A program made the position numbers and the translations under genes. 64,000 nucleotides of DNA, from positions 17,162-81,161 of the forward strand of contig CACOLU010000002.1 in the NCBI GenBank assembly GCA_902628045.1, read 5' to 3'. Shown here one piece after another: positions 1 through 11,372 of this stretch. The stretch is from an uncultured Candidatus Actinomarina sp. Lineage in GTDB: Bacteria; Actinomycetota; Acidimicrobiia; Actinomarinales; Actinomarinaceae. Numbering within the stretch: position 1 is the first letter of the stretch; every line of letters starts with the position of its first letter. The notes under the pieces were generated by a model. The model was not told the origin of the DNA. It saw only the letters and a program-made list of their open reading frames with translations, and made no database searches.

Positions 1-2
1 CA

Positions 3-278
3 TCAGACAAAGTTGATTCACCAGAGCTAGCACTTGCATTAGGTCAAAAAGTAAAAATTAAAATTACAGAATTAGATATTGAGAAAAGAAGAGTAAACCT
101 ATCAATTAAGAAAGCAGATCCAAACTGGAAAGAAGTACAAGAAGATAAAGAAAAGCCAAAAACACATTCATCATCATCTAATGAAGAAACTCCAAAACGT
201 CAAACGGTCGAGGGTGTTGATGAGTCTTTAGAGAATATCCTACAAGAATTAAAAGAAAGAGGAATAGGTAACTCGTAA
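3..278 (+). CDS. rpsA: 30S ribosomal protein S1, C-terminal fragment (5' end outside window)
   Basis: Frame 3 is open from the window edge to TAA at 276-278. The translation ...GQKVKIKITELDIEKRRVNLSIKKADPNW... looks like a final S1/OB repeat plus a charged tail. Its position upstream of coaE-uvrB matches the actinobacterial order. Confidence 0.65.
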   Translation, partial: SDKVDSPELALALGQKVKIKITELDIEKRRVNLSIKKADPNWKEVQEDKEKPKTHSSSSNEETPKRQTVEGVDESLENILQELKERGIGNS

Positions 279-307
279 TTTATTCTTTTTATGCTTAATC
301 TTTAAAT

Positions 308-865
308 ATGGCAAAGAAAGTTTATATAGTAACTGGTCCCATTGGAAGCGGAAAATCAACTGCAATAAAATATTTAAAAAATAAAGGTTTTAATACAGTT
401 GATCTTGACAAAGTTTCTAATAATATATTAAATTCTGGTGAATCAATTAGTTTTTTAAAAAAAGAGTTCCCCCAAGCACTTATTAGTGGTTTTGTTGACA
501 AAGAAATTTTGGCAGATATTGTGTTTAAAAATAAAGAAAAATTAATTACTCTTGAAAATTATATACATCCAAAAGTACTTCTCGAATTACAAGAGATAAT
601 ACAAAATACCGAAGATGAACTATTTGTAGAAGTTTCGGCACCTAAAAATATATATAAAGATTTTGATTGTATTGTAATCCACTCTGAAACTGAAAACAGA
701 ATAAAAAGACTTCAGGAAAGAGGAATGAATTATGAAGATATCCAAAATAGAATGGCAAATCAAAAAAAAGATGATTGGTGGAATAACTTAGGAATTGTTA
801 TACAAAATGACAATTTAAATGACTTTTATGCCAATTTAGATAAAATAATTGATCAAAATTCATAG
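308..865 (+). CDS. coaE: dephospho-CoA kinase
   Basis: 185 aa with an N-terminal P-loop GPIGSGKST. Size and position between rpsA and uvrB are typical. Confidence 0.85.
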   Translation: MAKKVYIVTGPIGSGKSTAIKYLKNKGFNTVDLDKVSNNILNSGESISFLKKEFPQALISGFVDKEILADIVFKNKEKLITLENYIHPKVLLELQEIIQNTEDELFVEVSAPKNIYKDFDCIVIHSETENRIKRLQERGMNYEDIQNRMANQKKDDWWNNLGIVIQNDNLNDFYANLDKIIDQNS

Positions 866-910
866 CCTTAGTAATTTTATTGACATTTTATAAAAGAGTT
901 ATAATTTATT

Positions 911-2908
911 ATGAATAAGTTTGAAGTAGTTTCTGAATTTCAACCAAAAGGTGATCAGCCAAACGCTATTAAAGAATTAAAAAAAGGTTTGGATAAAAAC
1001 ATCCCACATCAAACTTTAAAAGGAATTACTGGGTCAGGTAAATCTGCAACGATTGCTTGGTTGATAGAAGAATGCCAACTTCCTTCATTAGTTCTAGCTC
1101 CTAATAAAGCTTTGGCAGCACAACTAGCCAACGAATTTAGACAGTTTTTTCCAAAAAATAGGGTAGAATATTTTGTTTCTTATTACGACTATTACCAACC
1201 AGAAGCATATGTTCCACGTACAGATACATTTATTGAAAAAGATGCAAATATCAATGAGGAAATAGATCGGCTAAGACACTCTGCTACAAGCGCACTCTTG
1301 TTGAGAGAAGATGTAATTGTTGTGTCATCTGTCTCATGTATTTATGGACTGGGTTCTCCTGTAGAGTATAGAAATAAATTAATTCCTATAATTAAAGGTG
1401 AGGAGTTTGAAATTGATAATCTTCTTTTACAGTTAGTCAAACAACAATATGTAAGAAATGATTTAGTAGTTCAAAGAGGATCTTTTAGATTAAAGGGAGA
1501 CACTTTAGATATATTTCCTGTATATGAGGAAACAATTTTTAGAATAGAATTTTTTGGTGATGAGATAGAAAACATCTCAAGAATAGATCCAACAACTGGT
1601 GAGATTTTAGAAAAGTTGACTGAACTAGCAATTCTTCCTGCTTCACATTATGTGATATCAGATGAATCAAGAAAGAGTGCGTTAAATCAGATAGAAAAAG
1701 ATATGTTATCACAGGTTAAAAAATTTGAATCTGAAAACAAGCTTTTAGAAGCCCAAAGAATTGAACAAAGAACTAAATATGATTTAGAGATGCTGTCTGA
1801 GTTAGGTGTATGCTCTGGAATAGAAAATTATTCAAGATATTTTGATGGAAGAAAGCCTGGTCAAGCACCATTTACACTCCTAGATTTTTTTCCAAGTGAA
1901 TTTTTAATGGTTGTAGATGAAAGCCATATTGCTATACCACAAATTAGAGGACAGTATGAGGGAGATAGATCGAGAAAAACAACTTTAGTTGATTATGGTT
2001 TCAGATTACCTTCCGCACTAGATAACAGGCCGCTTAAGTTTGAAGAATGGGAAGATAAGATTGATAAAACAATATTAGTTTCTGCTACACCTGGTAAATG
2101 GGAAAAAGAAAACTCAGAAAAATTTGTTGAACAAGTCATAAGACCAACAGGTCTAATAGATCCGAAAATAATAGTAAAACCTACTGAAAACCAAATACAA
2201 GATTTGCTTGTTGAGATTGAGTCAGTTGTCAATAATGGAAATCGTGTTTTGGTTACTACATTAACAAAAAAAATGAGTGAGGCTTTAAGTGATTATCTTA
2301 TTAAAGCAGGCATAAAAACTAGGTATCTTCACTCTGACATAGACACTCTTGAAAGAATAGAAATACTTAGAGATTTGAGAAAAGGTGAATTCGATGTACT
2401 GGTAGGTATAAATCTTCTAAGAGAGGGGCTTGATTTACCTGAAGTCCAACTAGTAGCTATTTTAGATGCTGACAAAGAGGGTTTTTTGAGATCTGAGACT
2501 AGTTTAATTCAAACTATAGGTAGAGCTGCTAGGAATCAAGAAGGATATGTAATAATGTATGCTGACAAAATAACTGATTCAATGACATTTGCTATTAATG
2601 AAACTGAAAGAAGGCGTGGGATCCAACAGGAGCATAATCGAGTTAATAATATAACGCCTAAAACAATTCAAAAAGAAATTACCGATATTTTAGAGTTAGT
2701 TGAAAAAACAAGAGGAAGTAGCAGTATAAGTATCAGTAAATCAAAACTTAATTTAAATGATGCTTCTAAGACTGATTTAATAAAATTATCTAAAAATATT
2801 GAAAAAGAAATGAATTTAGCTGCTGATTTATTAGAGTTTGAGCTTGCTGCTAGATTGAGAGACGAACTTAAAGAACTTAGAAGAGAAATTAATAACTATT
2901 CAGAATGA
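911..2908 (+). CDS. uvrB: excinuclease ABC subunit B
   Basis: 665 aa. Contains helicase motif [28 protein letters not shown], and a C-terminal UVR helix [16 protein letters not shown]. Confidence 0.97.
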   Translation: MNKFEVVSEFQPKGDQPNAIKELKKGLDKNIPHQTLKGITGSGKSATIAWLIEECQLPSLVLAPNKALAAQLANEFRQFFPKNRVEYFVSYYDYYQPEAYVPRTDTFIEKDANINEEIDRLRHSATSALLLREDVIVVSSVSCIYGLGSPVEYRNKLIPIIKGEEFEIDNLLLQLVKQQYVRNDLVVQRGSFRLKGDTLDIFPVYEETIFRIEFFGDEIENISRIDPTTGEILEKLTELAILPASHYVISDESRKSALNQIEKDMLSQVKKFESENKLLEAQRIEQRTKYDLEMLSELGVCSGIENYSRYFDGRKPGQAPFTLLDFFPSEFLMVVDESHIAIPQIRGQYEGDRSRKTTLVDYGFRLPSALDNRPLKFEEWEDKIDKTILVSATPGKWEKENSEKFVEQVIRPTGLIDPKIIVKPTENQIQDLLVEIESVVNNGNRVLVTTLTKKMSEALSDYLIKAGIKTRYLHSDIDTLERIEILRDLRKGEFDVLVGINLLREGLDLPEVQLVAILDADKEGFLRSETSLIQTIGRAARNQEGYVIMYADKITDSMTFAINETERRRGIQQEHNRVNNITPKTIQKEITDILELVEKTRGSSSISISKSKLNLNDASKTDLIKLSKNIEKEMNLAADLLEFELAARLRDELKELRREINNYSE

Positions 2909-5724
2909 AAGAAGAAATACTCAAAGTAAGAGGGGCAAAGGAACATAACCTAAAAGATGTTTCAGTTGATATTCCAAAAAACAAACTAGTCGTCATTACT
3001 GGATTGTCTGGCTCTGGAAAATCTTCTCTAGCTTTTGATACAATTTATGCTGAGGGTCAAAGAAGGTATGTAGAAAGTCTTTCTGCGTATGCCAGACAAT
3101 TTTTAGGTCAAATGGAGAAACCAAATGTTGAGAGCATTGATGGATTGTCTCCAGCAATCGCTATAGATCAAAAAACTTCTTCTCGCAGTCCTAGATCTAC
3201 TGTCGGTACTGTGACGGAAATACACGATTATTTGCGACTTTTATGGGCTCGTATAGGAATTAGTTTTTGTCCTAGTTGCAACAATAAAATAGAGAAACAA
3301 TCTGTGAGTTTTATAGTAAAACAAATTATGAATTTTAAAGAGGGAACAAGTATAGATATATTGGCCCCAGTAGTTCGCTCACGTAAAGGCGAATTCGAAA
3401 CATTATTTAAAGATTTGCAGTCGCAAGGTTTTTCTAGAGTTCTTGTTGATGGTGAAGTGATAAGATTAGATGAAGCAAAGAGATTAGATAGATATTTTAA
3501 TCACGATATCTCAGTTGTAATTGATAGAATAAAAATTAAAAAAACTCCTGGAAGAAGACTTCCACAGTCAGTTGAAACTGCATTGGAATTAACATCTGGA
3601 TTAGTTGATATTAGTGTTGATGATAAAATTACTACTTATAGTCAAAATTTAGGTTGTTTGAAATGTGGAACGTCATTTGACAAGTTGGAACCCAGAGATT
3701 TTTCTTTCAACTCACCGTTTGGCGCATGTGGATCTTGCAACGGGCTAGGTGTAAGTTACGAAATAGATGAAGCTTTATTGATTAAAGATTTTGATTTATC
3801 TATCAATGAAAATGTGTTTCCAGATATGTCTACTCGAAAATATTTTAGAGCACAAATTCACGGTGTTTGCGAGCATTTTGATATACCTGTTGATGAGCCA
3901 TACAAAAATTTAACAAGGAAACAAAAAGATATCTTACTTCATGGCTCAAAAGGAGAAAAAACTGTTATTAGATATGTCAATAGATTTGGAAATTCAAGAG
4001 TTTGGCAAAGGCCGTATCGAGGAATAGTCTCAACTTTTAAAAAAAATTATGAAGAAACCTCCTCAGATGCTGCAAGAGAATATTATAAACAATTCATGAG
4101 AGAGTTACCTTGCAGTGATTGTGATGGCGAGAGATTAAATATTAGATCAAGATTGGTTCAAGTAGGAAATTTAACTCTTGGTCAATTTAATAACCTTTCA
4201 ATAAAGGAAGCTTCTAATGTAGTAGAAGATTTTAAACTAACAGGTAGTGATTTTGAAATTGCAATCCCAATTATTAGAGAGATTACAGAAAGATTAAAAT
4301 TTTTAAACGAAGTAGGACTTAGTTATCTTCAATTAAGTAGAGGTGCAGCAACGCTATCAGGTGGAGAGGCGCAGCGTATTAGACTTGCAACTCAAATAGG
4401 TTCAGGCCTTACTGGAGTACTGTATGTATTAGATGAACCATCAATTGGTTTGCATCAAGCAGATAATATAAAGCTTATAGATACATTGTTACGTTTGAGA
4501 GATTTGGGAAATACTGTTTTGGTAGTTGAGCATGATGAGGAAACAATGAAAAGTTCTGATCATGTGATTGATATCGGCTGGGGTGCAGGCGAACAGGGTG
4601 GTGAGATTGTTGCTGAAGGATCTTGGGAAAAAGTTTCTTCAAACATAAAGTCAATTACTGGTCAGTATTTATCTGGTAAGCAAGTTGTACCTTATCCTTC
4701 AGTTCGCAGGAATGGAAAAAATGAAAATATTGTTATTAGAGGTGCAAAAGAAAATAACTTAAAAAATTTAACTGTAAATTTTCCTTTGGGTAAATTTATA
4801 TCAATTACTGGAGTATCTGGTTCGGGAAAATCTACTCTAGTTTCAGATATTTTATCAAAATCTATTCAAAACGAATTTTCAAAGAACTTTATAATGCCAG
4901 GATTACATAAGAGTGTTTCAGGCCTGGAAAATATTGATAAACTTATTGAAATTGATCAATCGCCAATTGGCCGAACACCAAGATCGAACCCAGCAACATA
5001 TTCGGGAGTATTCGATCAGATAAGAAATTTATTTTCTTTAACAGAAGAATCAAAAATTAGAGGTTACAAACCTGGAAGGTTTTCATTTAATGTTCCAGGT
5101 GGTAGATGTGAATACTGTAAAGGTGATGGAAATATCAAAGTTGAAATGTATTTTCTTCCTGATGTTTATGTTGTATGTGATGAGTGTAATGGAACAAGAT
5201 ATAATTCTGAAACTTTATCCATTAGATGGAAAGGTTACAATATAGCTGAGATTTTAAATTCAACAGTTGAAAATGCTTTAAACATATTTGAAAATCAACC
5301 TTCAATTTATCGGATAATTAAAACTTTAGATGATGTTGGACTTTCTTATATTAAGTTAGGTCAAGCTGCTACTACATTATCAGGTGGCGAAGCACAAAGA
5401 GTTAAGTTAGCGAAAGAGCTCAGTAAAAGATCGACTGGCAAGACTGTTTATATATTAGATGAGCCCACAACAGGGCTTCATTTTGCCGACGTTCAAAAAT
5501 TACTTGAAGTGTTGCACATGTTGGTAGATAAAGGGAATACTGTAATAGTCATTGAACATAATTTAGATGTAATAAAAAATTCAGATTGGATTATTGACCT
5601 TGGACCTGAAGGTGGTGAAAATGGTGGCACTATAATTGGTGAAGGTACTCCTGAAAATATTTCTAAAAATAAATCTTCTCTAACGGGCAAACATTTGAAA
5701 GAAGTTTTAAATGGAAAAAATTAA
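2905..5724 (+). CDS. uvrA: excinuclease ABC subunit A
   Basis: 939 aa with two ABC modules ([18 protein letters not shown]; LSGGEAQR twice). Zinc-finger cysteines are present (CPSC, CLKCG, CGSCNG, CEYCKG..CDEC). The ATG overlaps the uvrB stop (ATGA). Confidence 0.97.
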   Translation: MKEEILKVRGAKEHNLKDVSVDIPKNKLVVITGLSGSGKSSLAFDTIYAEGQRRYVESLSAYARQFLGQMEKPNVESIDGLSPAIAIDQKTSSRSPRSTVGTVTEIHDYLRLLWARIGISFCPSCNNKIEKQSVSFIVKQIMNFKEGTSIDILAPVVRSRKGEFETLFKDLQSQGFSRVLVDGEVIRLDEAKRLDRYFNHDISVVIDRIKIKKTPGRRLPQSVETALELTSGLVDISVDDKITTYSQNLGCLKCGTSFDKLEPRDFSFNSPFGACGSCNGLGVSYEIDEALLIKDFDLSINENVFPDMSTRKYFRAQIHGVCEHFDIPVDEPYKNLTRKQKDILLHGSKGEKTVIRYVNRFGNSRVWQRPYRGIVSTFKKNYEETSSDAAREYYKQFMRELPCSDCDGERLNIRSRLVQVGNLTLGQFNNLSIKEASNVVEDFKLTGSDFEIAIPIIREITERLKFLNEVGLSYLQLSRGAATLSGGEAQRIRLATQIGSGLTGVLYVLDEPSIGLHQADNIKLIDTLLRLRDLGNTVLVVEHDEETMKSSDHVIDIGWGAGEQGGEIVAEGSWEKVSSNIKSITGQYLSGKQVVPYPSVRRNGKNENIVIRGAKENNLKNLTVNFPLGKFISITGVSGSGKSTLVSDILSKSIQNEFSKNFIMPGLHKSVSGLENIDKLIEIDQSPIGRTPRSNPATYSGVFDQIRNLFSLTEESKIRGYKPGRFSFNVPGGRCEYCKGDGNIKVEMYFLPDVYVVCDECNGTRYNSETLSIRWKGYNIAEILNSTVENALNIFENQPSIYRIIKTLDDVGLSYIKLGQAATTLSGGEAQRVKLAKELSKRSTGKTVYILDEPTTGLHFADVQKLLEVLHMLVDKGNTVIVIEHNLDVIKNSDWIIDLGPEGGENGGTIIGEGTPENISKNKSSLTGKHLKEVLNGKN

Positions 5725-7516
5725 TCTAAATGAAATTCCAAACAAACCAGGAATATATATTTTCAAAGATAATTATGACGATCCTATTTATGTAGGAAAG
5801 GCAAAAAATTTAAGGAAAAGAGTACCTTCGTATTTCAATAAGAATACTTCTTGGAAAACTAAACGGCTTACATCTGAAGCAAAGTCAATTTCATTTGTAG
5901 TTTCACAAAATGAAGCGAATGCTTTACTAGCCGAATATTCGTTTATTCAGGAATTTAAACCCAAATACAACATTCAGTTTAAAGATGATAAATCTTACCC
6001 TTACGTCACAATTACAAATGAAAGATGGCCAAGGGCTTTTGTAACAAGAAATATCAATAATCAAAATGTAAACTTTGGCCCCTTTCCATTTATAGGTGCA
6101 GCTAGAAGATCATTAGATCATTTAATAAATATTTTTCCTGTAAGAACGTGTACCAATAATACATTTGATAGACACCAAAAATTGAATAAACCATGCTTAC
6201 TTTATGAAATTGATAAATGTTCTGGCCCATGTGTAGATTTAATTAGCAAAGATGACTATAAAAATCTTTTAAATAATTTAAGAGAGTTTTATAAAGGTAA
6301 TTCAGATACTTATATAAATAAAAAAATTAAAGAAATGAAAGAACTATCAAAAAAACAAGAATTTGAGGAAGCTAACAAAATAAAAAATACTTTATCACAT
6401 TTGGAAAATGCAAGAGTTAGCCAAACTCTTATGACTTCAAATGATAAAAACGTTGATGTAATTGGTATTGATATTGGAAGGTTTGATGTTGTCCTTTCAT
6501 GTTTACTAATTAGAAATGGAAGAATAGTGGGGGAAGTAAAAAATAATTTTGAACCAATGGATGTTGAGGATTATGAAGACTATCTTCCTCAAATTATTAT
6601 AAATTTATTTGAAAAGAATATGCCATCAAATGAAATTCTTGTAAGCCATGAATTTCCTCTATCTGAGATTATTCAAAAAGAACTTGAAAATAAATGGAAT
6701 AAAAAAATAACTCTTATTAATCCAAAGAGAGGCTGGAAAAAAGATTTATTAAATACCGCAATTGATGATGCAAAAGAATTAAGAAGGGTAGCTGACCTTA
6801 AGCGTAGATCTGACCTTGAATTCAGATCACTTTCATTAGAACAGCTAAAGCATAAACTTAATCTTAAAAAAATTCCATACAGAATAGAAGCATATGATAT
6901 TTCAAATCTTGGAGATAAGTTTAGAGTTGGCTCTATGGTGGTAATGGAAGACGGCATCTCCAAACCCTCAATGTATCGTAAATTTCATATCAAGTCTTTT
7001 AAGGGCCAAGATGATTTTAGATCAATGGAAGAGGTTATATTTCGACGCTTAAAGCGATTAAATAATGATAATGAAAAAGATCAAAGCTTTCGAAGATATC
7101 CAGATTTAATTTTAATTGATGGAGGTAAAGGGCAATTATCAAAAGCAAAGAGTGTAATTGATCACTTTAATTTAGACATTGATGTAATTGGTATTGCTAA
7201 AAAAGAAGAAGAACTTTTTACTCCTAATAAGAAATCTCCAATAGTTTTAAATTCTAATTCTGAGGCACTGTTTATTCTCCAAAACATTAGAGATGAAGCA
7301 CACAGATTTGCAATTAAAGAAAACAGAAGATTAAGACTTAAAGATTTAGATTTTGAATCTATTTTTGAGATTAAGGGTGTTGCAAAATCTTCTATAAATA
7401 TATTATTAGAGAAATATAAGACATTAAATAAACTTTCATCTGCAAGTTTTAATGAGCTGTCAAGTTTGATTGACGAACAACAGGCATTAAAAGTATTTAA
7501 ATACTTTAATAAATAA
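5711..7516 (+). CDS. uvrC: excinuclease ABC subunit C
   Basis: 601 aa. Has a GIY-YIG N-terminus (PGIYIFKD..IYVGKAKNLRKR), a UVR motif (FEEANKIKN), LIDGGKGQL and a C-terminal HhH-like tail. The start lies 14 nt inside uvrA. Confidence 0.95.
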   Translation: MEKINLNEIPNKPGIYIFKDNYDDPIYVGKAKNLRKRVPSYFNKNTSWKTKRLTSEAKSISFVVSQNEANALLAEYSFIQEFKPKYNIQFKDDKSYPYVTITNERWPRAFVTRNINNQNVNFGPFPFIGAARRSLDHLINIFPVRTCTNNTFDRHQKLNKPCLLYEIDKCSGPCVDLISKDDYKNLLNNLREFYKGNSDTYINKKIKEMKELSKKQEFEEANKIKNTLSHLENARVSQTLMTSNDKNVDVIGIDIGRFDVVLSCLLIRNGRIVGEVKNNFEPMDVEDYEDYLPQIIINLFEKNMPSNEILVSHEFPLSEIIQKELENKWNKKITLINPKRGWKKDLLNTAIDDAKELRRVADLKRRSDLEFRSLSLEQLKHKLNLKKIPYRIEAYDISNLGDKFRVGSMVVMEDGISKPSMYRKFHIKSFKGQDDFRSMEEVIFRRLKRLNNDNEKDQSFRRYPDLILIDGGKGQLSKAKSVIDHFNLDIDVIGIAKKEEELFTPNKKSPIVLNSNSEALFILQNIRDEAHRFAIKENRRLRLKDLDFESIFEIKGVAKSSINILLEKYKTLNKLSSASFNELSSLIDEQQALKVFKYFNK

Positions 7517-7564
7517 TTTTTTACAAAAAAATTATTTTCCCAATCATTAAATATATTAACTAAT

Positions 7565-8452
7565 ATGAATTTGAAAAGGAAAGAAATGGCATCTAAAAGA
7601 CCAGAAGTATTGTTGTTAGTCGGAATGTCCGGAGCCGGAAGGTCTGCAAGCTCAAATGTCTTTGAAGATTTAGGCTATTATGTAATTGAAAATTTACCTG
7701 CTGAACTAGTAGAGTCCGTAGTTCAATCAAATGATGTAACTGAAACAAACAAGCAACTAGTACTAACTATTGATGCCAAGGACAGTGCAGCTCAACAAGA
7801 ATTAAAAAAAAGTTTAGATAAATTAAGCCAATCCGGAGTATTAACGAGAATAATATTTCTTGATGCTGATAATGAAACACTAATTGAAAGATATGAAGAA
7901 AATAGACGCCCGCATCCTTTGGGAATGGATTCTATTTCACAATCTGTAAAATCAGAGAGAGATTTACTCAAACCAATTAGAGAACTTGCTGATCAAGTAA
8001 TTGACACTACAGATATGAATGTTCATGAATTGAGAAAAAGAATAATTGAAGGCTTTCAAGGTGAAGCTTCTAACCAGGACTTAAAAATTTCTGTTACTTC
8101 ATTTGGATTTAAAAATGGAACACCAAGAGATGCCGATCTTGTATTTGATGTCAGGTTTTTACCAAACCCACATTGGAGAGAAGAATTGAGAGCCTCTACA
8201 GGACAGTCACCAATGGTTAGAAACTATGTACTTTCATTTGAAGATGCACAAGTCTTTTTAAATAAAATAAAAGATATGATTGAATTTTTACTTCCTAGAT
8301 TTACTTCTGAGGGAAAATCATATGTTGGAATAGCCATAGGATGCACTGGAGGAAAGCATAGAAGTGTTGTGATGACTGAAGAAATAGGTAAATGGCTTAA
8401 AAATGATGGAAAGGACTCCGTAGTCATACATAGAGACATGAAGGAAACATAA
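7565..8452 (+). CDS. rapZ: RNase adapter / nucleotide-binding protein RapZ (YvcJ family)
   Basis: Contains GMSGAGRS P-loop, EDLGYYVIENLP, FLDA, RFLPNPHW and GCTGGKHRSV. The real start may be the internal Met at 7586. Confidence 0.9.
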   Translation: MNLKRKEMASKRPEVLLLVGMSGAGRSASSNVFEDLGYYVIENLPAELVESVVQSNDVTETNKQLVLTIDAKDSAAQQELKKSLDKLSQSGVLTRIIFLDADNETLIERYEENRRPHPLGMDSISQSVKSERDLLKPIRELADQVIDTTDMNVHELRKRIIEGFQGEASNQDLKISVTSFGFKNGTPRDADLVFDVRFLPNPHWREELRASTGQSPMVRNYVLSFEDAQVFLNKIKDMIEFLLPRFTSEGKSYVGIAIGCTGGKHRSVVMTEEIGKWLKNDGKDSVVIHRDMKET

Positions 8453-8453
8453 T

Positions 8454-9608
8454 TTGTCAAATTTAGACAATTTAGGAAATGTTCTAATTAGATCTGATCT
8501 AAATGTTCCAATTAAAAACGGCCAAATTACAGATAATTTCAGAATTCTAAAATCAGTTGGAATCGTTGACACCATTTTTGATAAATCAAAGACAATTACA
8601 TTTATCAGTCATATGGGTAGACCTGATGGAAAAGATTTAAATTTATCTTTAAGGCCTGTAGCTAAAAGTATGGAAAATATTCTTGATAAAAAAGTTCACT
8701 TTATTGATGAAGTTTTCGGTGAAGAGGTTGAAGAACAGATTGAAAAATCTGAATTTAAAATATTTCTCTTAGAAAATTTAAGATTTGAAAAAGGAGAAAT
8801 CGAAAATGATAACAATTTTTCAAAGCAAGTTACAAAACCATTTAATTCGTATATATTTGATGCATTTGGTGCAGCTCACAGAGAACACGCATCTGTAGTT
8901 AGCTTTGGTGAAAACCTAGATTCTTTTCAAGGTCCTCTAATGGATAAAGAAATACACGAATTAGATAAATTGTTAAATAATAACGAAACGGGTTATGCAG
9001 TTCTTCTTGGTGGTGCAAAAATTTCTGACAAACTCAATCTTATTGAAAAGCTTTTGCCAAAAGTTGAATATCTCATGATTGGTGGAGGTATGTGTTTTAC
9101 ATTATTAAAAGCTTTAGGACATGAAATTGGGAGGTCATTACTAGAAGAATCATTTATTTCCAAAGCTGAGGAGCTTCTTAATTCAGAATTTGGAAATAAA
9201 ATAATTCTACCTATAGACTTTGGTGTTTCTGACTCAATAAATAGTTCAGTTAGAGAAAATGTAAAATTAGAGGATTTTAAAAACAACCATATAGGTGTAG
9301 ATATTGGACCGCAAACTATTTCTAATTTTAGGAAAATACTTGATAAATCAAAAAATATTTTTTGGAATGGACCCATGGGTATTTTTGAAAAAGAAGAGTT
9401 TAGTTATGGGACTAGAGAAATAACGAATATTATTTCAAGTTCATCTGCATATACATGTATTGGTGGTGGAGATTCTGTAAGTGCAATAAACAAATACGCT
9501 GATACGAAATACTTCAATCATATATCAACAGGTGGCGGAGCTTCTTTAGAATATCTCGAAGGAAAAAAATTACCTGGGGTAAACAAATACAAATCACTTA
9601 TAATTTGA
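8454..9608 (+). CDS. pgk: phosphoglycerate kinase
   Basis: 384 aa with RSDLNVP, GGGMCFTLLKALG and STGGGASLEYLEGKKLPG. The TTG start sits 1 nt after the rapZ stop. Confidence 0.95.
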   Translation: MSNLDNLGNVLIRSDLNVPIKNGQITDNFRILKSVGIVDTIFDKSKTITFISHMGRPDGKDLNLSLRPVAKSMENILDKKVHFIDEVFGEEVEEQIEKSEFKIFLLENLRFEKGEIENDNNFSKQVTKPFNSYIFDAFGAAHREHASVVSFGENLDSFQGPLMDKEIHELDKLLNNNETGYAVLLGGAKISDKLNLIEKLLPKVEYLMIGGGMCFTLLKALGHEIGRSLLEESFISKAEELLNSEFGNKIILPIDFGVSDSINSSVRENVKLEDFKNNHIGVDIGPQTISNFRKILDKSKNIFWNGPMGIFEKEEFSYGTREITNIISSSSAYTCIGGGDSVSAINKYADTKYFNHISTGGGASLEYLEGKKLPGVNKYKSLII

Positions 9609-9610
9609 TA

Positions 9611-10375
9611 ATGAAAAAAATAATAATTGGAAATTGGAAATTAAATCTTGATCATTTTCAAGGTATTCAATTGCTACAAAAAATAAATTATTCTTTAGAT
9701 AAAGATATAGAAGAAAAAATAGATATAGTTATAGCACCATCGCACACTTCATTGAGATCTTTACAAACTGTAATTTCTACAGATAATCTTAAAATTAATA
9801 TTTCATCACAAGATGTATCTACTTATAATGATGGACCATATACAGGTGAAGTTTCGGCCTTCCAACTTAAAAAGCTTAATATAAATTATTCAATTATTGG
9901 TCATTCTGAAAGAAGGCTTCATTTTAATGAAACTGATAATGATGTGAATGTTAAATTAACCAGATTATTGGATAATGAAATAATTCCAATTCTATGCTTT
10001 GGGGAAAGCCTAGAACAAAGATCGGAGGGTACATATTTAGAATTTATCAAAAATCAAATAACTGAAGGTTTGAAAGGCGTAAGAAAAGACAAGGTTAATA
10101 AATTAGTATTAGCGTATGAACCTGTCTGGGCAATTGGAACGGGTGAAGTAGCATCTGTAGATAATATTGTGGAAGTATTAGATTTTGTGAAGGGCTTAGT
10201 CGCTGATAAGCCTTATTTTTCTAATGAAACTGTAAAATTGATTTATGGCGGAAGTGTTTCTCCGGAAAATTCTTCTGAAATATTAAACACCAATATTGTA
10301 GATGGAGCACTAGTTGGTGGAGCATCTCTAAATGCAGATAAATTTGTTGATATTATCAAAAGTGTTAATTTATGA
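9611..10375 (+). CDS. tpiA: triosephosphate isomerase
   Basis: Contains GNWKLN, IIGHSERR, AYEPVWAIGTG and YGGSV. The ORF track starts at TTG 9605; ATG 9611 (MKKIIIGNWK) seems more likely. Confidence 0.93.
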   Translation: MKKIIIGNWKLNLDHFQGIQLLQKINYSLDKDIEEKIDIVIAPSHTSLRSLQTVISTDNLKINISSQDVSTYNDGPYTGEVSAFQLKKLNINYSIIGHSERRLHFNETDNDVNVKLTRLLDNEIIPILCFGESLEQRSEGTYLEFIKNQITEGLKGVRKDKVNKLVLAYEPVWAIGTGEVASVDNIVEVLDFVKGLVADKPYFSNETVKLIYGGSVSPENSSEILNTNIVDGALVGGASLNADKFVDIIKSVNL

Positions 10376-11121
10376 ATCTTGTATTTATAAGACATGGGCA
10401 AAGTCTATGGAATTTAGAAAATAAATTTACAGGATGGGTGGATATAGATTTATCTGAAAGGGGAGAAGTGGAAGCAAAAGCTGCGGGAGTTACCTTGATA
10501 GATAATAACTTTTATCCAGAAATCTGCTTTACTTCTTATCTAAAACGATCAATTAATACAGCTGCATATATCACTGAAAATTATAAAAATATGAATATAA
10601 CTTTTGCGACTAAAAAAAAGTGGGAGCTTAATGAAAGGCATTATGGAGCTCTTCAGGGTTTAGATAAAATAGAAACAGCAAAAAAATATGGACAAGAACA
10701 AGTACAAATATGGAGAAGAAGTTTTGATACGCCACCTCCTTTGGCAGAATTAAATTCAGTACATGATCCAAAAACCCATGAATTATATAGCAATATTGAA
10801 ACAGAACTTCCACTGGGTGAATCCCTCAAGGATGTTGTTTTAAGAGTTGCAAAGACCTATGAAAAAATTTTGGCTATTGCAAAAGAAAAATCTGTTTTAG
10901 TTGTAGCTCACGGAAACAGCATAAGAGCAATGGTTAAAATGCTTGATAATCTATCTGACAAAGGAATAGTTGACGTCAACATTCCAACAGGAATTCCACT
11001 AGCATATAATATTTCAGATAATAATATTGAAAAAATTGGTTATTTAGGCGATGAAAAAGCAATCAAAAATCTTACTAAAGAAGTTGAAATGCAGTCAAAG
11101 ATAACTGACAAGAAAGGTTAG
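10372..11121 (+). CDS. gpmA: 2,3-bisphosphoglycerate-dependent phosphoglycerate mutase
   Basis: Contains FIRHGQSLWNLENKFTGW, ERHYGALQG and VVAHGNSIRA. ATGA overlap with tpiA. Confidence 0.93.
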   Translation: MNLVFIRHGQSLWNLENKFTGWVDIDLSERGEVEAKAAGVTLIDNNFYPEICFTSYLKRSINTAAYITENYKNMNITFATKKKWELNERHYGALQGLDKIETAKKYGQEQVQIWRRSFDTPPPLAELNSVHDPKTHELYSNIETELPLGESLKDVVLRVAKTYEKILAIAKEKSVLVVAHGNSIRAMVKMLDNLSDKGIVDVNIPTGIPLAYNISDNNIEKIGYLGDEKAIKNLTKEVEMQSKITDKKG

Positions 11122-11131
11122 TGTTAATAAT

Positions 11132-11368
11132 ATGGATACAATTACAGCAATTTTAATAAGTGTGCATGTTCTTATATCAGTTGCTCTTATTGCTTTAGTT
11201 TTATTAAACAGTGGTAAAGGCGGTGGTTTGTCAGATATGCTTGGTGGACCCGGTTCATCAGGAAATATAGGTCAAACATTAGCTGAAAGAAATCTTGGAA
11301 GAATTACTGCATTGGTTGCGTTGTTATTTGCTGCAACAACTTTGTCTCTATTCTGGTTTTTAGATTAG
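11132..11368 (+). CDS. secG: preprotein translocase subunit SecG
   Basis: 78 aa with two TM helices flanking a Gly-rich loop (NSGKGGGLSDMLGG). Follows tpiA as in Actinobacteria. Confidence 0.85.
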   Translation: MDTITAILISVHVLISVALIALVLLNSGKGGGLSDMLGGPGSSGNIGQTLAERNLGRITALVALLFAATTLSLFWFLD

Positions 11369-11372
11369 GTTT

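Noticed and set aside
7517-7540. An AATTTTTT-AC-AAAAAATT palindrome after uvrC as a possible terminator.
   Set aside because: The stem is purely A/T with negligible stability, and the downstream rapZ is on the same strand. Such a palindrome is expected by chance in AT-rich spacers.
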